In this document: positions 59,542 to 64,000 of the stretch, in pieces
Layout of the letters: the number at the start of each line of letters is the position of its first letter
Position numbering within the stretch: the stretch's first letter is position 1
Source of the DNA: Azolla caroliniana
Taxonomy: Eukaryota; Plantae; Polypodiophyta
NCBI GenBank assembly: GCA_043228905.1
Contig: JBHGNT010000006.1
Location: forward strand, 5,580,001 to 5,644,000
DNA: 64,000 nt
Reading direction: 5' to 3'
Made by a program: the position numbers and the translations under genes
Notes under the pieces: generated by a model
Seen by the model: the letters and a program-made list of their open reading frames with translations, nothing else
What the model was told of the DNA's origin: nothing
Database searches by the model: none

Positions 59542-59827
59542 AAATTTGTGATATAACCACCTAAATGGCTTTAGCAACCAGATATCGAATGAACCTCTGT
59601 CTGGCATCTTCATCAGCCGGACACACACACTATCTCTCTGTCTCTCTCTCTCATCTTTTAACAAGAATACTCGAAGTTTCACAAATTTGTGATATAACCA
59701 CCCAAATGCCTTTAGCAACCAGATATCTAATGAACCTATGTCTGGAATCTTCATCAGCCGGAAACACACACTATTTCTCTGTCTCTCTCTCTCTCATCTT
59801 TTAACAAGAATACTCAAAGTTTCACAA
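59542..59827. repeat. Two-copy ~141-bp tandem duplication
   Basis: caaatttgtgatataaccac...gtttcacaa repeats starting at 59542 and 59682. Confidence 0.9.
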
Positions 59828-59929
59828 GGAGAAGTGGCGATAGAAAATATAGATTGTTAGATATTGTGCCAATCATGTGACCTCAATCCATAGATGTGGA
59901 GTAGCTTTCCAAAGAGTAAGAAATTGATG

Positions 59930-61060
59930 GCGTTGAGTCGCTTTAGCTTCAAAATCTCACTAGGACCAATCTTGTTGTCCTTTTTAGGTATGGATCATTT
60001 CCAACCAAATATTACGTATCATTTCAACTGGTGAGGCTCTAACTTGATGGAGAATGAAAGGGCAAGGAGCCTTCCAAATGTAATATATAATGACACAAGT
60101 AGTGCATACGCCCAACTTATGAAATCCTGTGCCAATAGGCAACTTGAAGGCTCGATGCACAAGTAATCACTGCACATGAAGTATGTGTCGTGGTTGTTTT
60201 CTTTCTGATAACGTTAATCCAAAACTTAGCAAGAAACTTTGGAGTAATACCTTGTTGACTCCAATATTGAAATGCAATTGGTAAAACATCCCGTCCACAA
60301 GACAAAATACATCTTCCCAATCGCAAAGAATATTGGGAAAAATTAAAGTTATGACCAATAGATGGGTTTGCTCACAAATAGTTAGTTGGGTTCCATGCTA
60401 ATCTGAACAAAGGTGTTTACTTAACACCCACAACTTCCAATGTGACTTTATGATTAGTGTACCATTTGCGATCAACATATCCTATTACCCTTATTTTGTG
60501 TTCCATAACATAAGGATAACCGATTACCATTTCCTGCGATGGAGACAATTGACTTGCATTATCCACATCAAAACAACGAAAGGTCTTATCCTTCAAATGT
60601 CCTTTTATAGTCAAGAGTACTTCCAAGCTTGAAGAATCACCTACCCATGTGAGGTGAGAGCTAGTGGATGGTATAGTGGCTCTGTCCATAACTTCTTGAA
60701 TTTGTTAAAACATTATTTGTCCTCCATGAATCTTGGCTAGTAGATGCTTTTGTTCCTCCCAAAATCGTGATAAAAAAATCCACTAGGTCTTCCATGAGTT
60801 TGCAAGACCTACCATTTTGCCCCCACGCAAACCAATGTCTACAACTAAGCACTAAACCATCTGATGTGGTAAAATGTGGGTTCCATAATAGCGCAATGTG
60901 GAGCAATCCAAGTAAGACTTGTTTCCATGCAAAAAAATAAAATCCAATAGATCTATCCTCCCATACATGAGATGATGATATTCTGAAATTTTCCCTAAAT
61001 ATCTAACTTCCATCCTTTGACAAGGGAGCACCTAACTGGAGGAAATAATTCAGAACAACG
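59930..61060 (-). pseudogene. Decayed L1 ORF2 C-terminal region
   Basis: LLWNPHF..WFAWGQ, QQGITPKFLAKFW and LYYIWKAPC parallel PLFWNPHV..LAWGK, LGIPNEALIAFW and LWYIWKARC in the intact ORF2. Confidence 0.65.
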
Positions 61061-63019
61061 ATTAAGTAGCAATACTCTCCATGCTTTCTAACGGAGTAAA
61101 TTCTCTAATAATCAATTTTACTAAGTATAGTTATTAGTTGTAGTACGTTATCTTTTTAAATCCCTTACACGCATCATAAACTATAGTATATATGTATGTT
61201 AGGCAACTACTAAGCATAAAATTATAAATTCTCCTCCCCTTACAAAAGGGCTCATAATGTATATAAATGTGTATAGGAGGTTATATCGAAGTAATCCTCC
61301 CATCCCAAAAATTATATAATTGGGCATAAATAAGCAATAACGATAATTGGTATTATTTTTATACCAATTTAACAATTTCAAATTAGATAAAACTAATTGA
61401 AATTAGAAGTATGAATATATATGTTTGGATAATAAAGCATTTGTGATATGATTATGGCTATACTAAATGAGATGTTCATGTGAGTTGTAGACCACGGTGG
61501 CATTTGCATGAAAGACAAAAAGCATAGTTGTGCCCATTTACCATTAAATAGTGTGTTATATGAATGTACTTTTTTCCTTGTTATAGTAGTATCCATAGTT
61601 TCTTTAGAATGTTTCGGATAGGACTCTAACATAAGAACAATCATTGAGGACAAGTCACAATAGCACCTATGGCTATATCAAGGAATGTATATCTGTCCTT
61701 GGTATAATAGTCATCCATAGTTTCTTTAGAAGGTTTTGGATAGGACTCTAAGATACGAATACTCATTAAGAACAATAAAACTCATGGCAATGTGTATAGT
61801 TTTAGATGTGGATGGAATCTACCGAAGAAAATAAGTTGTATTCTTTGTTCTCATAATGATTATTGTAGTTATTGCCAAATATAAAATTGTTGGAAAATAT
61901 TAAGACTAGGGAAGCCCCAACTCAAAGCTTGCCAAAACTAGATAAGAAATTATAGTTATTGTTTTGTCCTCATGCCATATTCCAACACAAACCGACATAA
62001 TGTTAGGCTCATTTATGTTGAGTCTCTTCCTCATGTATTTGTCTCTTCGGATGTCCAGTTCTCTCAACTCTTAGTTATATTGTTAATGTTTATAATAAAC
62101 TCTCTCTTTTTCAAATAGTTTATTATGTGACATGGCTTACGAATATTAGCATTGCAATCTAGAAATATTTTTTTCTACAATGATGGAGCTCTGATTTGAA
62201 GGACCAATTTTGAAGGAAGAACCAATTTTGCATGTCCATGAAGATACGAAGGATGCATTGTTCCGCACATCGATAGAACAATAACATCTCAAAATTCTAC
62301 AACTTGGGAATCTTCAACATTATGAGTTTTTGTATGTTTGTGTGGAAAGTTAAAAGCTAGCATCCCCAAATTCTAATAAAAGTCAAAGAAAGAGGAAATA
62401 TCATATCATAGATTATTTGACTAAATAAGGATTTTTGCACCACATTGTATAAGTTGTAATCATGGTCTCAATACAGACAAATCTTATAGCTTTTGAATTA
62501 CCATAAGAGTCTCGGTGTGAGGCCTTTCATATCATTGAGCCATTTACATTATTCCTCCATCTAGAAGAAGCTTCTTTGCATTGATAAGCATTACAAGATG
62601 TGTGTGTGTGTGGCATGGATGTAGTATTGCAACTATTATTTACACAAGTCACTTCCTACAAACCACTAAAAGATGGTTTGGTGTTTAAAGTGCACTTAAA
62701 AAGCACTGCATTTTTCACACGGGATGTTAGTGAACTTTGACAATTCTAGGAGGAGGACGAACCCGGGGTCAACCTCAATAAGATGTTGCAAGAAAGTCGG
62801 GCGCAATAAACAAGTCGATATTTATACTTTAGCGACTTGTTCTTTTCATGGCTAAGTGCAAACGAGGCTACGCAAGAAAACACTACATGATGTTCTTGTC
62901 TTTCTAGGGGAAGGAGTGGAGAAGGGAGTAGGTTTGTACATTTCATTGTGGAAAAAGTTCCCTTCAATGTGGAAAATGTACGAATCTAAGACATGGACTT
63001 ATTATCTTTTGGGATGGTA

Positions 63020-63064
63020 CATGTGTTGAAAAGTGATGCTCAAGGAGTAATGTTGGCCTTAAGA

Positions 63065-63097
<33 letters not shown>

Positions 63098-63254
63098 GTG
63101 TGCGTATTTATGTGTAAATTTCTTGTGGAAACCCCAATGGCAAAACGAGTAATTCTCTAGAGTTATTGATGATATAGCAATTGAACTTGGTCCTATCATT
63201 ACATGTGTTAAAAAGTGGTGCTCATGAGTTCATATTGGCCTTAAGGGTTGTGTG

Positions 63255-63302
<48 letters not shown>

Positions 63303-63560
63303 TGGTGGGTGCATTTATGTGTAATTCATGTACAAATCTCAATGGCATGGCGAGTAAATCTCTGGAGGGATTGATGGTATAGCTATTCATGTGTCAAAAG
63401 GAGATGCTCATGAGTTCATGGTGGCCTTAAGATGTGTGTGCATGTGTGCGCACGCACCAGTGCATCTGTGCGTGTAATTCCTATGGAAATCCCAATGGCA
63501 TGTCAAGTAATTCTCTAGAGGTATTGACAATAAAGCTTTTCAACTTGTTCATATCATTAG
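63020..63560. repeat. Three ~180-bp tandem units, each containing a (GT)n tract
   Basis: catgtgt..aaaag...tgctca.gagt....tggccttaag-(GT)n-...caatggca...gtaattctctagag recurs at about 63020, 63201 and 63388. Confidence 0.85.
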
Positions 63561-64000
63561 AGGGAAAAAACTAAGGCACGAAAGAGAAAGGAGGCCCAAA
63601 GGAAACGATGATAAGAAAAGGTCACTTTAGAATGAAGGAGACTAGGGGTAATGATTAAAGAAATAATCGGCGAAATATTCTTTGCCTTTTGGATCAATAT
63701 TTGTTAGAAATGAAGCGGGGATCAATTATATGTAAGGGAGTGGGGGGGCCACAAAGCAAAGACTACCGCAATATGAAGGCAAAGGTGTGAGAAGTATTAC
63801 AAAAAGAATCATGAATTGGTTAAGGATTCAAAGGCTAAGATATCTTCCAAAAGGATATTATCGTCTCCAATGAACACGAAAAAACATATAGTAAGGGATT
63901 CAACACCCATCCCCCTTTCAAGCTTCGTTTCTCTTCATAGTGTTTGTGTGAGTTGAGGTTATGTCACATGTGATCGACAAACATTACTAATCGCAACTCT

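Overview
Eukaryotic, land-plant nuclear DNA, probably a fern or other seed-free plant (inference from gene sequences and repeat content). The left 37 kb holds four intron-containing genes: the 5' part of a HotDog-fold acyl-CoA thioesterase (minus strand, running out of the window), a complete 15-exon MSI4/FVE WD40 gene, a 7-exon C3HC4 RING E3 ligase with an RNF168-like architecture, and a complete 10-exon F-box protein 7 (FBP7/SKIP32-like). The right 27 kb is a nest of young transposons: an intact full-length L1-clade LINE (15-bp TSD) inserted in an older antiparallel LINE; a non-autonomous hAT element (8-bp TSD) carrying a 5'-truncated two-ORF RTEX/CR1-like LINE flanked by a ~70-bp duplication; and a Ty1/copia provirus with 302-bp LTRs differing at 2 positions and two in-frame stops. 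Solo LTRs, hAT MITEs, a foldback palindrome and several tandem repeats are scattered throughout. Exon models were built by hand from splice sites and remembered homolog sequences; no searches were run.
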